Shown one piece after another: positions 38,113 to 48,020 of a stretch of 64,000 bases of DNA. The position numbers were made by a program, and so were the translations under genes. The DNA is from Candidatus Poribacteria bacterium (GTDB lineage Bacteria > Poribacteria > WGA-4E > WGA-3G). How positions within the stretch are numbered: position 1 is the stretch's first letter; each line of letters starts with the position of its first letter. The stretch is from NCBI GenBank assembly GCA_964291315.2, contig OZ219752.1, positions 32,001-96,000 on the forward strand, written 5' to 3'. Under the pieces are notes generated by a model, which had not been told where the DNA came from, did no database searches, and saw nothing but the letters and a program-made list of their open reading frames with translations.

Positions 38113-39132
38113 ATGTCAAAAACGTATCGCGTTGGCTTTGCGTCTCTCGTACACGACCACGTCTGGGGGGAACTCCGTCATTGGAAGGCGCACCCGAACG
38201 TTGAGATCGTCGCGGCAGGTGATGTCAATGCGGAATTACGCACACAATTCAGCGCAGAAGCCTGTGTTGAGAACGTCTATGACTCTTGGCAAGAGTTGTT
38301 GGAAAAAGAGGAATTAGACATCATCCAAGCGGCAGCAGAGAACAACGCCGGAGCGGACATCGTCGAAACCGCGGCAGCGAAAGGTATACACGTTGTATCC
38401 GAAAAACCGATGGCTGCTCGCCTTTCACAAGCTGATCGGATGCTCGCCGCTGCTGAGAACGCTAACACGCAGCTAATGGTGAACTGGCCCACGGCGTGGA
38501 GTCCAGCTCTCAATACCGCCATGAATCTCATTAAAGATGGAAGAATTGGGGACATTTTTTACTTCAAATGGCGTTCGGCACACAACGGCCCCATGGAAAT
38601 CGGATGCTCTCGTTACTTCTATGAGTGGCTCTACGATGAAGAGAAAAACGGTGCGGGAGCGTTGATGGATTACTGCTGCTATTGTGCCGATATGTGCGCA
38701 TATCTCCTCGGTTCGCCCCAACAGGTAACAGCATTCCGCGGTACCTTCGTCAAAGATTACCCAATACCCGATGATAATGCAGTCATCGTTATGAAATACG
38801 GAAACGCTTTTGGCATCACGGAAGCATCTTGGACTCAGAAGGTGGGTTATATTACACCGAATCCTGTGGTCTATGGTACTGAAGGCGCGTTAGCGGTCAG
38901 TGGAAACCAAGTCCATCTTCATCCTGCAGCGGGGGATGCCCAGGTGATAACACCTGAATCGCTACCAGAGGGGAAACGCAACGCCGCAGAATACTTCATT
39001 CACTGCTTGGAAACAGGCGAACCCATCGAGGGCTTGTGTAACGCCAAAGTGAGTCGGGATGCCCAAGAGATCCTTGAAGCAGGTTTGGTATCAGCAAATA
39101 GCGGACGGGTTGTTAACCTGCCGATGTCGTAA
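38113..39132 (+). CDS. Gfo/Idh/MocA oxidoreductase
   Basis: HVVSEKPMA and GAGALMDYCCY. Start at MSKTYR after GGAGG. Confidence 0.88.
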   Translation: MSKTYRVGFASLVHDHVWGELRHWKAHPNVEIVAAGDVNAELRTQFSAEACVENVYDSWQELLEKEELDIIQAAAENNAGADIVETAAAKGIHVVSEKPMAARLSQADRMLAAAENANTQLMVNWPTAWSPALNTAMNLIKDGRIGDIFYFKWRSAHNGPMEIGCSRYFYEWLYDEEKNGAGALMDYCCYCADMCAYLLGSPQQVTAFRGTFVKDYPIPDDNAVIVMKYGNAFGITEASWTQKVGYITPNPVVYGTEGALAVSGNQVHLHPAAGDAQVITPESLPEGKRNAAEYFIHCLETGEPIEGLCNAKVSRDAQEILEAGLVSANSGRVVNLPMS

Positions 39133-39184
39133 ATCCTTATAGGTATGTATTACACCCCACCTATAGAAACTTTAGAAGGACCTT

Positions 39185-39943
39185 ATGAACGATAGAATCC
39201 CGATTGCATTACAACTATATTCTGTCAGAAACGATTGCGCTGGCGATTTATCTTTAACTCTTCAAGCGGTTGCGCAAATGGGCTATGAAGGGGTTGAGTT
39301 TGCAGGTTACTATGACCGCACTGCTGAGGAATTACGCGATATGTGTGAGGACCTCGGACTTAAAGTCGCTGGGACACACACGGGCTTGAACACGCTTCTC
39401 GGTGAGGAGCTTGCCAAAACCGTTGAATTTAACAAAATTCTCGGCAACCGGTATCTGATCGTGCCGGGTCTGTCCGAGGAATATCGGAATTCCCAACAGG
39501 CATGGCGCGACACAGCAAACATCTTCAACGGCATCGCTGAAAAAATCGCTGACCAAGGATTGTCTACCGGATATCACAATCACACGGGCGAATTTGAACC
39601 ATTGGAAGGCCGAATCCCGTGGGATACCTTCGGTAGTAACACCCGTGATGATGTCGTGATGCAAATTGACATCGGTCACGCGCTGCGTGCCGGTGCTGAC
39701 CCTGTAGCATTTATCGAACGTTACGCGGGGAGATCTAAACTGGTGCATCTTAAAGAGTACTCCGCCACCAATGAGAACGCACTCATTGGTGAAGGTGAAA
39801 TCCCCTGGGATGACGTGTTTCATGCCAGTGAAACTGCAGGCGGAACGGAGTGGTACATTGTGGAACAAGAGCGCTACGCCTACTCGCCGCTTGAATGCGT
39901 CGAACGCTGTATTAATAATCTACAGCAAATGGGGAAAATTTAA
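39185..39943 (+). CDS. Sugar phosphate isomerase/epimerase (TIM barrel)
   Basis: LQLYSVR, GYEGVEFAG, YHNH, HLKE and IVEQE motifs. Confidence 0.88.
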   Translation: MNDRIPIALQLYSVRNDCAGDLSLTLQAVAQMGYEGVEFAGYYDRTAEELRDMCEDLGLKVAGTHTGLNTLLGEELAKTVEFNKILGNRYLIVPGLSEEYRNSQQAWRDTANIFNGIAEKIADQGLSTGYHNHTGEFEPLEGRIPWDTFGSNTRDDVVMQIDIGHALRAGADPVAFIERYAGRSKLVHLKEYSATNENALIGEGEIPWDDVFHASETAGGTEWYIVEQERYAYSPLECVERCINNLQQMGKI

Positions 39944-39945
39944 GT

Positions 39946-40674
39946 TTGCCTGATTTCTCGCGCGATATTTTTGATAAAACGCTTTTACTCTGGTGGGAAG
40001 ATTTTTATTTTCCAATCTTTGAGTACCTTCTTCCAAAGATCGGGCAATTGGAAGGAAAAAAGATACTAGAATTAGGCACCGGCACAGGGGGAACTGCAAC
40101 ACTACTTGCAAATCTTGGTGCGACCGTGATTGGAATAGACTTACTTCCCTTCCGACTCACTGAAGGTAAAGCGCGGGCGGCGGAATATGGACTTGCCGAG
40201 TCGGTAGAATTCGCGCTCATGGATGCAATGAATCTTGCCTTTCTAGACAATACTTTTGACTTTATTATCTCAAAATCTGTACTTGTGTTCACAACACATA
40301 CGCAAACCGCTAAGGAGTGTTACCGCGTTCTCAAGCCGGGAGGAAAAGCGATTTTTATAGAAAATATGCGCTACCATCCAGCGGTATGGCTTTATCGCAA
40401 AGCGTTTTTAAAATACTCCGGCAGGTTGCACTACTTCTCGCTAGGTGATGTCGAGGCAATCGGTGATGAATTTGAGAGCTTGGAGCATCGTGAGTTTCAT
40501 CTCTCCGCAGTGGGCGCGCTGTTTTGGCAGAGATGTGTTTCTATTCCCCTCTTTTATGACTGGACCCTCCGTATCCTCAAAGCGATAGATACTTCTCTCC
40601 TCAAATGCTTCCCGTTCCTCAAACGGTTCTGTTGGATCACAGCAATGATTTGCCGCAAAGATAAATTCTCATAG
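39946..40674 (+). CDS. Class I SAM-dependent methyltransferase
   Basis: ILELGTGTG and RVLKPGG motifs. Confidence 0.85.
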   Translation: MPDFSRDIFDKTLLLWWEDFYFPIFEYLLPKIGQLEGKKILELGTGTGGTATLLANLGATVIGIDLLPFRLTEGKARAAEYGLAESVEFALMDAMNLAFLDNTFDFIISKSVLVFTTHTQTAKECYRVLKPGGKAIFIENMRYHPAVWLYRKAFLKYSGRLHYFSLGDVEAIGDEFESLEHREFHLSAVGALFWQRCVSIPLFYDWTLRILKAIDTSLLKCFPFLKRFCWITAMICRKDKFS

Positions 40675-40695
40675 CGCCCTATTCGCCCTGAACTC

Positions 40696-40728
40696 AGCGG
40701 GTTTGTGAAGACATTTCACAAACCCGCT
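40696..40728. terminator. Hairpin between convergent genes (probable terminator)
   Basis: AGCGGGTTTGTGAA-GACAT-TTCACAAACCCGCT. Confidence 0.7.
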
Positions 40729-40754
40729 CTATTTTCAGCTCCTCAATTAAACAC

Positions 40755-41600
40755 TTAGCGGAGACTGTCACGGCGATGATAGGATTTAACCGTCCCCCAC
40801 ATAGTGGTTATCTTGCCCTCCGCTTTGACAGCAAGGGCTTTATCTGGACGCGAACCGCTCGCGAGTTCAGCAACTTCGTCTTCAGAGAGGGCACGATCCC
40901 AAAGGATAACATCGTCGATTATGCCATCAAGGAACGTATCGTTCCCATCATTGCCACCGATGCCTCGACCGGCACCGAGTTCTAAAGGTCGATCTGGAAA
41001 AAGATTGTAGGGTTCCGGTGCGACTTGCGGATTCGCTTGACCACTGGCGGGTATTTCAGGTTTTTCACCATCCCTGGCCACGTAACCTATAGCCTCCTTA
41101 CCGTCCGCTGTCTGACAGACATGAAACCACTCTCCCGGCTCGATGACTCCCTCTGTAGCAAACCAGTTTTGGGTACCGCCACTGGTCGTTCCCCAGGTCA
41201 AATTGTTGCTACTAGTCGTTACTATACGAAAGGTGAAAGTTGCACCCCAACCAACCTTCTCGCCTTTCCAAACCCCGGAGTGGTCTCTGCCCTCCCGGAC
41301 ATAGAGCCAATAGGAGATAGTATGTGGTCCCTCAATAACTTCCTCAAGACCGGGGTTAAACTCGATATCTGCCCGTGAATCTTGATTTCCATCAACATCC
41401 AATGCCTTGCCAAATTTACCATCATTGGTGATTTTAGCTCCTTTGAAGAGTTCACCATGTGCTTTTCCGATAGCGTCGGTTACCTTCCCATCGTCAAAGG
41501 TCCAACCAGCAACAACCCCGTCATTTATATCTGCAACCGCAGGGGTTGTTAGAAAGATCGCCAATGCAGCGAGAGTGAGCATAGAAATAAATAGTTTCAC
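40755..41600 (-). CDS. Secreted LamG-like protein with WG-K tail
   Basis: WTFDDG, GKFGKAL, GEWFHV and GIIDDV; AVKAEGKITTMWGTVK near the C-terminus. Confidence 0.85.
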   Translation of the reverse strand: MKLFISMLTLAALAIFLTTPAVADINDGVVAGWTFDDGKVTDAIGKAHGELFKGAKITNDGKFGKALDVDGNQDSRADIEFNPGLEEVIEGPHTISYWLYVREGRDHSGVWKGEKVGWGATFTFRIVTTSSNNLTWGTTSGGTQNWFATEGVIEPGEWFHVCQTADGKEAIGYVARDGEKPEIPASGQANPQVAPEPYNLFPDRPLELGAGRGIGGNDGNDTFLDGIIDDVILWDRALSEDEVAELASGSRPDKALAVKAEGKITTMWGTVKSYHRRDSLR

Positions 41601-41901
41601 TGAAATTAGCCTCCTTTAAGAGTTAGTAGAATGTTATCCGGATAAGAATTTAACGAAAAATCAACCTTTCCCGGATAAAGCTCGTCTAAATAAAGAGACG
41701 CGAAATAGAATCACCTCACTTGGAAAGTGATACAGTTACAATTTCCATACCTAAGTTGCTGTTTAAGCCGGTAGAGGTGCTTATATCTTGTGTCCCAAAT
41801 CTATGGGCAGCTCCTTTTTTAGTGTGTAGTATGCTGTAAAGGAGTTCCCATAGGTTTAATTTACATTAAGCACTTTTTTTATTCAAGAAAAAATAGCAAT
41901 G

Positions 41902-43584
41902 TTACTTAAAAACGATTTTATCCCCCTCGATCGCTATTAGCTGCTGATTCAATGAAAGTTTAGTCGCTGTATCAACAATGCCGCTAGGCCATCGAATCTC
42001 CAATAGGTCTATACGCTCAGCATCTTTCAGTCCGAAGTGGACCCGCAGATCGCTAAAGGCGAGATAACTTCCACTGCTTTTCACTTCCGCATATTGCGTC
42101 AGACCGCCAGCAACAACTTTAACGCGGGCCCCAATCGCGGAACGATTGCTTTTGGTTCCAATCACTTTCAGCTGTATCCAATTGTTCCGGTTTCCGCCGT
42201 CGTTTCTCAGCAAGTCAGTGGTCTGATTCCAATTGGTAACCAGGATATCAATATCGCCGTCGTTATCATAGTCTCCAAAAGCGGCTGCACGGCTTGTTTT
42301 ACGTAACGCGAAGCCTTCGCCCATTTGCGCTGTGACATCTACAAATTCCCCGTTGCCTAAATTCCGAAAGAGCTGGTTCTGTTGTGGTGTTGTCGTGGAG
42401 CGATCGACCTCGGCGATGTTATCCATTGTGTGTCCGTTCGCGACAAAAATATCTTTGTAGCCATCGTTGTCGTAATCGAGAAAGCCTATACCCCAACCGA
42501 GGTAGCGGTGCGTATATTCGGCAATACCGGCGGTAATCGTAGCATCAATGAAAAAGTTACCTCCTTGATTGTGGTAGAGGGTATTGGTCTCGTTCTGAAA
42601 ATTGCTGACTGTGATATCTAACTTACCGTCGTTGTCGTAGTCTCCAAAGACTGTTCCCATTCCTGCCTCTGCTTTCCCCATATCGCTACAACTAACGCCC
42701 GAGAGCAGTCCGATTTCTTCAAAAGTGCCGTCGCCTCGGTTTTGAAAAAGAAAGTTGAAATCTTGATCGTTGGCGATGTAAATATCGGCATCGCTGTCAT
42801 TATCAACATCACCAACCGCCACTCCGAGGCCGTGTGCTGCGGGGACGCTTAGCAAGCCGACCTGTCTGGTTAAGTCCGTGAAGGTACCGTCCCCGTTGTT
42901 GTGGTAAAGTAGGTCCGGCTGCGGCGGATAAGCACTCGGCCCACAATAGACAGCAATACTGTGTCGATAGCACGTTTTATGTGCATCGAGGGTATAGGTT
43001 GCGTAATTAGTCACATAGAGTTCAAGAAATCCATCCTTGTCAAAATCGGCGAATGCACAACTCGTTCCCCACCCTGCATCTGCGACTTGTGCGGCTTCAG
43101 CGACATCTGTGAAAGTGCCGTCGCCGTTGTTTCGATAAAGAACATTGGATTCGAAGTTTGTCACATAGAGATCTACATCGCCATCGTTATCGTAATCGCC
43201 GGTTGTTGCGCCGACCCCGTAGCCGGTATGCGCGACACCTGCCAGGGAGGTGACATCTGTAAATGAACTGTCTCCGTTGTTGCGATAGAGAATGTTGGTA
43301 GGGAGTGGAGTGTCCGCTTGTTCTACCTGTGGCCGGGCATTGATCAGATAGATGTCGAGGTGTCCATCGTTGTCGTAATCGAAGAAACCGCCCCCCGAAC
43401 CATATTGCTCGTTAAAGAGGCGTTTGCCACTTTCACCATCTGTGTGCTTGAAGTCAATCCCGGATTCCCCAGCAATTTCAACAAACGTGACAGCTCGTCC
43501 CACCAATGGATTGAGCACAGTGTATATCACGAAAAAAAAGAGATATAGGTAGCATGTACAAGGACGCATAACGAAGACTCTCAC
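41902..43584 (-). CDS. CRTAC1/ASPIC-UnbV family FG-GAP repeat protein
   Basis: Repeated DYDNDGxxD and LYRNNGDGTFTDV; C-terminal RVHFGL...IRWPSG. Confidence 0.92.
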   Translation of the reverse strand: MRVFVMRPCTCYLYLFFFVIYTVLNPLVGRAVTFVEIAGESGIDFKHTDGESGKRLFNEQYGSGGGFFDYDNDGHLDIYLINARPQVEQADTPLPTNILYRNNGDSSFTDVTSLAGVAHTGYGVGATTGDYDNDGDVDLYVTNFESNVLYRNNGDGTFTDVAEAAQVADAGWGTSCAFADFDKDGFLELYVTNYATYTLDAHKTCYRHSIAVYCGPSAYPPQPDLLYHNNGDGTFTDLTRQVGLLSVPAAHGLGVAVGDVDNDSDADIYIANDQDFNFLFQNRGDGTFEEIGLLSGVSCSDMGKAEAGMGTVFGDYDNDGKLDITVSNFQNETNTLYHNQGGNFFIDATITAGIAEYTHRYLGWGIGFLDYDNDGYKDIFVANGHTMDNIAEVDRSTTTPQQNQLFRNLGNGEFVDVTAQMGEGFALRKTSRAAAFGDYDNDGDIDILVTNWNQTTDLLRNDGGNRNNWIQLKVIGTKSNRSAIGARVKVVAGGLTQYAEVKSSGSYLAFSDLRVHFGLKDAERIDLLEIRWPSGIVDTATKLSLNQQLIAIEGDKIVFK

Positions 43585-45176
43585 TGCCTTTTTGCTTCCT
43601 CCATTGCCTCTCGGATCTTATCCAAGCGCTCCTTGTAGGCTGAATTGTCCGGTTCCCAAGCAATCGCTCGTAAGATAGCTTGTTCCGCCTCGCGATACGC
43701 ACCGTGGCAGTAGTATACGTAGGCGAGGGTGTCCAAGTGGGAAGCGCTCGCGTCTAATGTCACTGCGCGTTTTGCTAATTCTACAGCACGCGCGAGTTGC
43801 CGCCCTTGCTTTGCGTATAGCCAGGCAAGGTTGTTATGTGCATCTGCTGAGTTTTCATCTACTGCAATCGCTTGCTTAAAGACGAGTACAGCCTCCGGAA
43901 CCTGATTCTGCTTGAGATAGAGGACACCCAACCGTACCCACGGGGTAGCATTACTCGGATCGGCCTCCGTCAATTGTCGATAGATAGCAATTGCCTCAGG
44001 AAACCGGCATTGTTGAACGCAGACTTCTGCAAGTCCATAATAAGCCGAGGTTAGCTTCTTATCTTTCTGGATTGCGATCTGTAGGGAGACCCGGGCATCA
44101 TCGAATTTGCGGAGGTGTGCGTAAATCCAACCAAGGTTAAGGTACGCCTCGGCATCGGTATCGTCGAGTTGAATGACTCGTTGAAACGCCTCGACAGCCT
44201 CTGTTAATTTTCCGTTCCGTATGTAAAGTCCACCGAGGTTGTGGTAGAGCGCAGGAACATCTGGGTGTAAAATTGTTGCAGTTTTATAGGCATGTATCGC
44301 TTCTGGGTAGTTCCCAACTGCAAAGTGTGCCGCTGCTAATTCGACCCGTGGCTCCAACGCAGTCGGTTGTTCTATCAAATGTCTACGGTATCGACTTATC
44401 TTTTCGTTGTATGCTTTTATCCGCTGGAAAGATACCATCAGGTTTTTTGCTTCTTCGATATACTGCGTTGCAGAATTCCCTTCCGAATTTTGTTCTAAAC
44501 CTCGCTGGACAAGTGCAAGATTGTAATAGGTTTCAGCATGGTATAGGTTAAGGGACAGGGCTTTCTGATAATACCGCCCGGCTTCTGTCAACCGCTTCTG
44601 GAGAAACGCGACTTTCCCTAAGCCTTGGTAGATCGGAGCGAGATTAGCATCAAGTGCTAGTGCCTGTTGATAGGTCTGTCGTGCTAAATCCAGTTTTCCG
44701 CGTTGTACATATACATCAGCGAGTCGAAAAAAGGCTTCAGCGTTCTTGGGTAGCAAGGCGGTGCCGTGTTGCCCGTGCTTTTCAGCATCTGCGAACTTGC
44801 CTTGAAAATGATAAATCCGCGCCAAGCAGATATGCGCAACGCCGTGTGTTTGCGAGGATGCAGGCAGTTCTAAGGCGCGAAGATATGCCGCTAAAGCCTC
44901 ATCGTTTTTTTCTTTCAATATATGAACCGCACCGAGTTCACAGTACGCCTCAGAATTCCGTGGATTTAATTTCAAGACTGCATGAAAAGCCTCAATCGCT
45001 TCATCGTAAAGCCCTAACTGAATTGCGTGCATCCCACGGGCGTAATGTTCAGACTGTTCATCCTTCGCTTGCCGCGCTGCAAGCGAAGCCAGAAAAAAGA
45101 AAACGAAAAGACTCCCGACGATCCAAACTCTTTTTGCATAGGTGTTATTATAGCGAACCAATCTCTGCGACATCAC
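43581..45176 (-). CDS. Tetratricopeptide repeat protein
   Basis: Multiple TPRs and an AHNNLAWLY...LDTLA terminus. Confidence 0.9.
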   Translation of the reverse strand: MMSQRLVRYNNTYAKRVWIVGSLFVFFFLASLAARQAKDEQSEHYARGMHAIQLGLYDEAIEAFHAVLKLNPRNSEAYCELGAVHILKEKNDEALAAYLRALELPASSQTHGVAHICLARIYHFQGKFADAEKHGQHGTALLPKNAEAFFRLADVYVQRGKLDLARQTYQQALALDANLAPIYQGLGKVAFLQKRLTEAGRYYQKALSLNLYHAETYYNLALVQRGLEQNSEGNSATQYIEEAKNLMVSFQRIKAYNEKISRYRRHLIEQPTALEPRVELAAAHFAVGNYPEAIHAYKTATILHPDVPALYHNLGGLYIRNGKLTEAVEAFQRVIQLDDTDAEAYLNLGWIYAHLRKFDDARVSLQIAIQKDKKLTSAYYGLAEVCVQQCRFPEAIAIYRQLTEADPSNATPWVRLGVLYLKQNQVPEAVLVFKQAIAVDENSADAHNNLAWLYAKQGRQLARAVELAKRAVTLDASASHLDTLAYVYYCHGAYREAEQAILRAIAWEPDNSAYKERLDKIREAMEEAKRQ

Positions 45177-46315
45177 TCCCCCTCCGCGTGGTGCACCAAC
45201 TCGTTGTTAATGATTGTCGCTATTAGATTGATTTCACACTGCATTTCATTCCATTCAAAGAGAATCAAGTTCGAGGTTCCTTCTACGTGTGCTTTCGCGT
45301 TCAACAGAGCCATCGGTTGTCGCGTAGCGAGTAAGACCGCTTCTTCTAGCGAGATGCCTGCAAACCGGACGCTGTTTTCGATGCAGTGTACTAATTCAAT
45401 GGCTGAACCGGCGAGATATTCGGTGCCGGCCAAGCGGACACAACGATCGGCGGTCAATTCCACAGATTTTTCTGCGAACTCGTAGATACCGGGTTTTATG
45501 CCTGCTAGAGCGACCGCATCACTAACGAGAACACATCTGCTAAGGGTCTTTGCACGCATGATAGACTTAACGACAGAAGGAGGCAGGTGATGCCCATCCA
45601 CAATTAGACTTGCCCAGAGGGCATCGGCACCGAGCTGCTCCCAAATGTAGTTAGGATGTCGCTGGATTAAAGCGTGTGCTCCGTTACCGAGGTGTGTAGA
45701 GAGCCTCGCTCCAGCGTCAATCGCCGCTTGAATGTCGTTTGCAGAGGCATTCGTATGTCCCAACGCGACCACAATCCCGTTAGCCACCAGTTTTTCAATA
45801 AACCGAATAGCACCTTGTTTCTCGGGGGCGAGGGTCACAACGGCGATTTTCCCTTCAGCAATGTTCTGCCACTTCTGAAATTCGCCCCAATCTGGGTCTC
45901 TGACGTGTTCCGGAGGATGTGCCCCGCGCGGCCCATCCATTGCAGATATATACGGTCCTTCAAGATGAATTCCGAGCATGGAGTGGGCAACCAACGCATC
46001 TGTCTTAGCTGCTTCCGTTATGGCATGTAGCGAATTACAAATCCGATCGAAGGACCCGGTCACAACCGTCGGGCATAAAAATCCGGTGCCGACTTTCCAG
46101 AGGGCGCGCACCATTGCACAAACGTCTTGCGGTGTAACGGTAGCAATATTGAGGTCGAAGCCAGCAAAACCGTTCACCTGAATGTCTATCAATGCTGGTG
46201 CGATCCGTGTTGTGCTGTTGGTAGAGGATATCTCACGGATTTCCTGAACATGTGCCTCTGCAATATCTATTTCGATGTAAGTATTATTGAAGAGGGTATG
46301 TCCGCTGAACTTCAT
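45173..46315 (-). CDS. nagA: N-acetylglucosamine-6-phosphate deacetylase-like amidohydrolase
   Basis: DIQVNG, HLEGPY, RGAH, TLAPE, LGHT, THLGN, DGHH and LAGS motifs. Confidence 0.8.
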   Translation of the reverse strand: MKFSGHTLFNNTYIEIDIAEAHVQEIREISSTNSTTRIAPALIDIQVNGFAGFDLNIATVTPQDVCAMVRALWKVGTGFLCPTVVTGSFDRICNSLHAITEAAKTDALVAHSMLGIHLEGPYISAMDGPRGAHPPEHVRDPDWGEFQKWQNIAEGKIAVVTLAPEKQGAIRFIEKLVANGIVVALGHTNASANDIQAAIDAGARLSTHLGNGAHALIQRHPNYIWEQLGADALWASLIVDGHHLPPSVVKSIMRAKTLSRCVLVSDAVALAGIKPGIYEFAEKSVELTADRCVRLAGTEYLAGSAIELVHCIENSVRFAGISLEEAVLLATRQPMALLNAKAHVEGTSNLILFEWNEMQCEINLIATIINNELVHHAEGE

Positions 46316-46493
46316 GTTTTTTATCCTGAAGTTTTCTCATAGTTTCCTTATAATACCTGCAAACCGGTTTATTGCCAAGAAAAAAGGATTGCATTCGTGA
46401 GTAGAATTCGGTTAAAGTACATCAAGAAAGATTTCAACCAGTTTATAGAATCATAGTTGTGCTTTCTAGATTACATCTGAATGGGAGGATAAA

Positions 46494-47270
46494 ATGGAAT
46501 ATTTAACATACGGAAAAACAGGTTTAGAGATCTCACGTCTCTGTTTCGGTGCCGGACATCTCAACAATACCTGCGAAAGTTATGAAGCTGGGGGCAAACT
46601 CATGTTGAAGGCACTGGAGGAAGGTATCACTTTCTGGGACACTGCTGAGGGTTATGGGAGTCAACCGCACCTCGGAGCGGCAGTTCGCCAAATCAATAGG
46701 GAAGAAGTCATCATTCAAACGAAGACCGGCGCGAAAGACTACGAAGCTGCAAAAGTGAGCATTACGCGTTCCCTGCATGAGCTGCAAACGGATTACTTAG
46801 ATGTTTTACTCCTACACGGCATCGCCTCGCCTGAAGACTTGGTATCGCGGGAAGGCGCCCTAGAGGCGTTTCGGGAAGCAAAAGCTGCTGGAAAAATCCG
46901 GAGCATCGGGTGTTCCACACATATCTACACAGGGTCTGTTATGGATGCCGTGATTGATCATCCGGAACTTGAAGTCATTCTAACAACAGCAAATAAAGAG
47001 GGCAGAATGTTAGAAGGTGGAACTTTCGATCGACATCTCGAATACATCCAACGCGCATACACTCTTGGGAAGGGTATTAGTATCATGAAGGTTATCGTTG
47101 CCGGAGATATCCCAGAGGCGGATATGCCGGAATGGATCGAGTGGGGCTTCAACCTCGAAACCGCACATGCTATCAATCTTGGTATCAGCGATTACCCTCA
47201 TATCACATTGGATGTCGATCTGGCACGTACGAGCGCGAGACTGCGTTTGATACAGGGCAAAGCAGCTTAA
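46494..47270 (+). CDS. Aldo/keto reductase
   Basis: GITFWDTAEGYG, TK, LQTDYLD and GKIRSIG motifs. Confidence 0.88.
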   Translation: MEYLTYGKTGLEISRLCFGAGHLNNTCESYEAGGKLMLKALEEGITFWDTAEGYGSQPHLGAAVRQINREEVIIQTKTGAKDYEAAKVSITRSLHELQTDYLDVLLLHGIASPEDLVSREGALEAFREAKAAGKIRSIGCSTHIYTGSVMDAVIDHPELEVILTTANKEGRMLEGGTFDRHLEYIQRAYTLGKGISIMKVIVAGDIPEADMPEWIEWGFNLETAHAINLGISDYPHITLDVDLARTSARLRLIQGKAA

Positions 47271-47345
47271 CCTATTTCTTCTCAGAAGGATGTGTAATTC
47301 CTGTCGAATGCCATATAGACATTCGATGTTGATTCTTGATCGGAT

Positions 47346-47909
47346 ATGAAACAATTACGCGGCAAACCGCTCAAAGACTTTCTGAAGAAGGTGAAACCGC
47401 CAGAGACAGAACTAGTTTTTATTCTTCAAGACGTGCAGGACCCGGTTAATGTCGGTTCTGCATTTCGGATAGCCGATGCGTGCCGTGTAAAAGAAGTTAT
47501 CCTGACGGGTATTAGTGCACAACCGGCACATCCACTCGTTCGCAAAGTCGCGCGGGGCAAACACCGACGCGTAAAGTGGCAATATACCGAACAGGCAGCA
47601 GACGCAATTGTATCGCTCAAAACAGAAGGCTACACCAGTTTTGCCTTGGAACTCACGGCACAGTCAATCCGTTACGATGAAGTGGGCTATCCTGATAAAG
47701 TCTGCCTCATTGTGGGCCACGAGGACCATGGCGTAACCAAGCGGACGCTTGCTGCTTGTGATAGGATCATTTTCCTGCCGATGTATGGGGTGGGGGCCTC
47801 GTTAAACGTGCACGTCTCGCTAGGGATCACAGCTTACCATATCTTAAGCGCTTGTAGCTGTCAGAAACCATCAGTGGGCAGCAAGAAAGAAACTTGTAGC
47901 AATAAATAA
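47346..47909 (+). CDS. TrmH/SpoU family RNA methyltransferase
   Basis: NVGSAFR, VGHEDHG and LPMYG...SLNV motifs. Confidence 0.9.
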   Translation: MKQLRGKPLKDFLKKVKPPETELVFILQDVQDPVNVGSAFRIADACRVKEVILTGISAQPAHPLVRKVARGKHRRVKWQYTEQAADAIVSLKTEGYTSFALELTAQSIRYDEVGYPDKVCLIVGHEDHGVTKRTLAACDRIIFLPMYGVGASLNVHVSLGITAYHILSACSCQKPSVGSKKETCSNK

Positions 47910-48020
47910 GACTCAACAGCCCTACATCGACAACCGACAATTGTAAAAAGATGCGAATTTAAAGCAGAAAACAGAGGTTGGCTCCTGGAGACAACCGTAG
48001 TGAGGTCTATAAGGAAAGAA

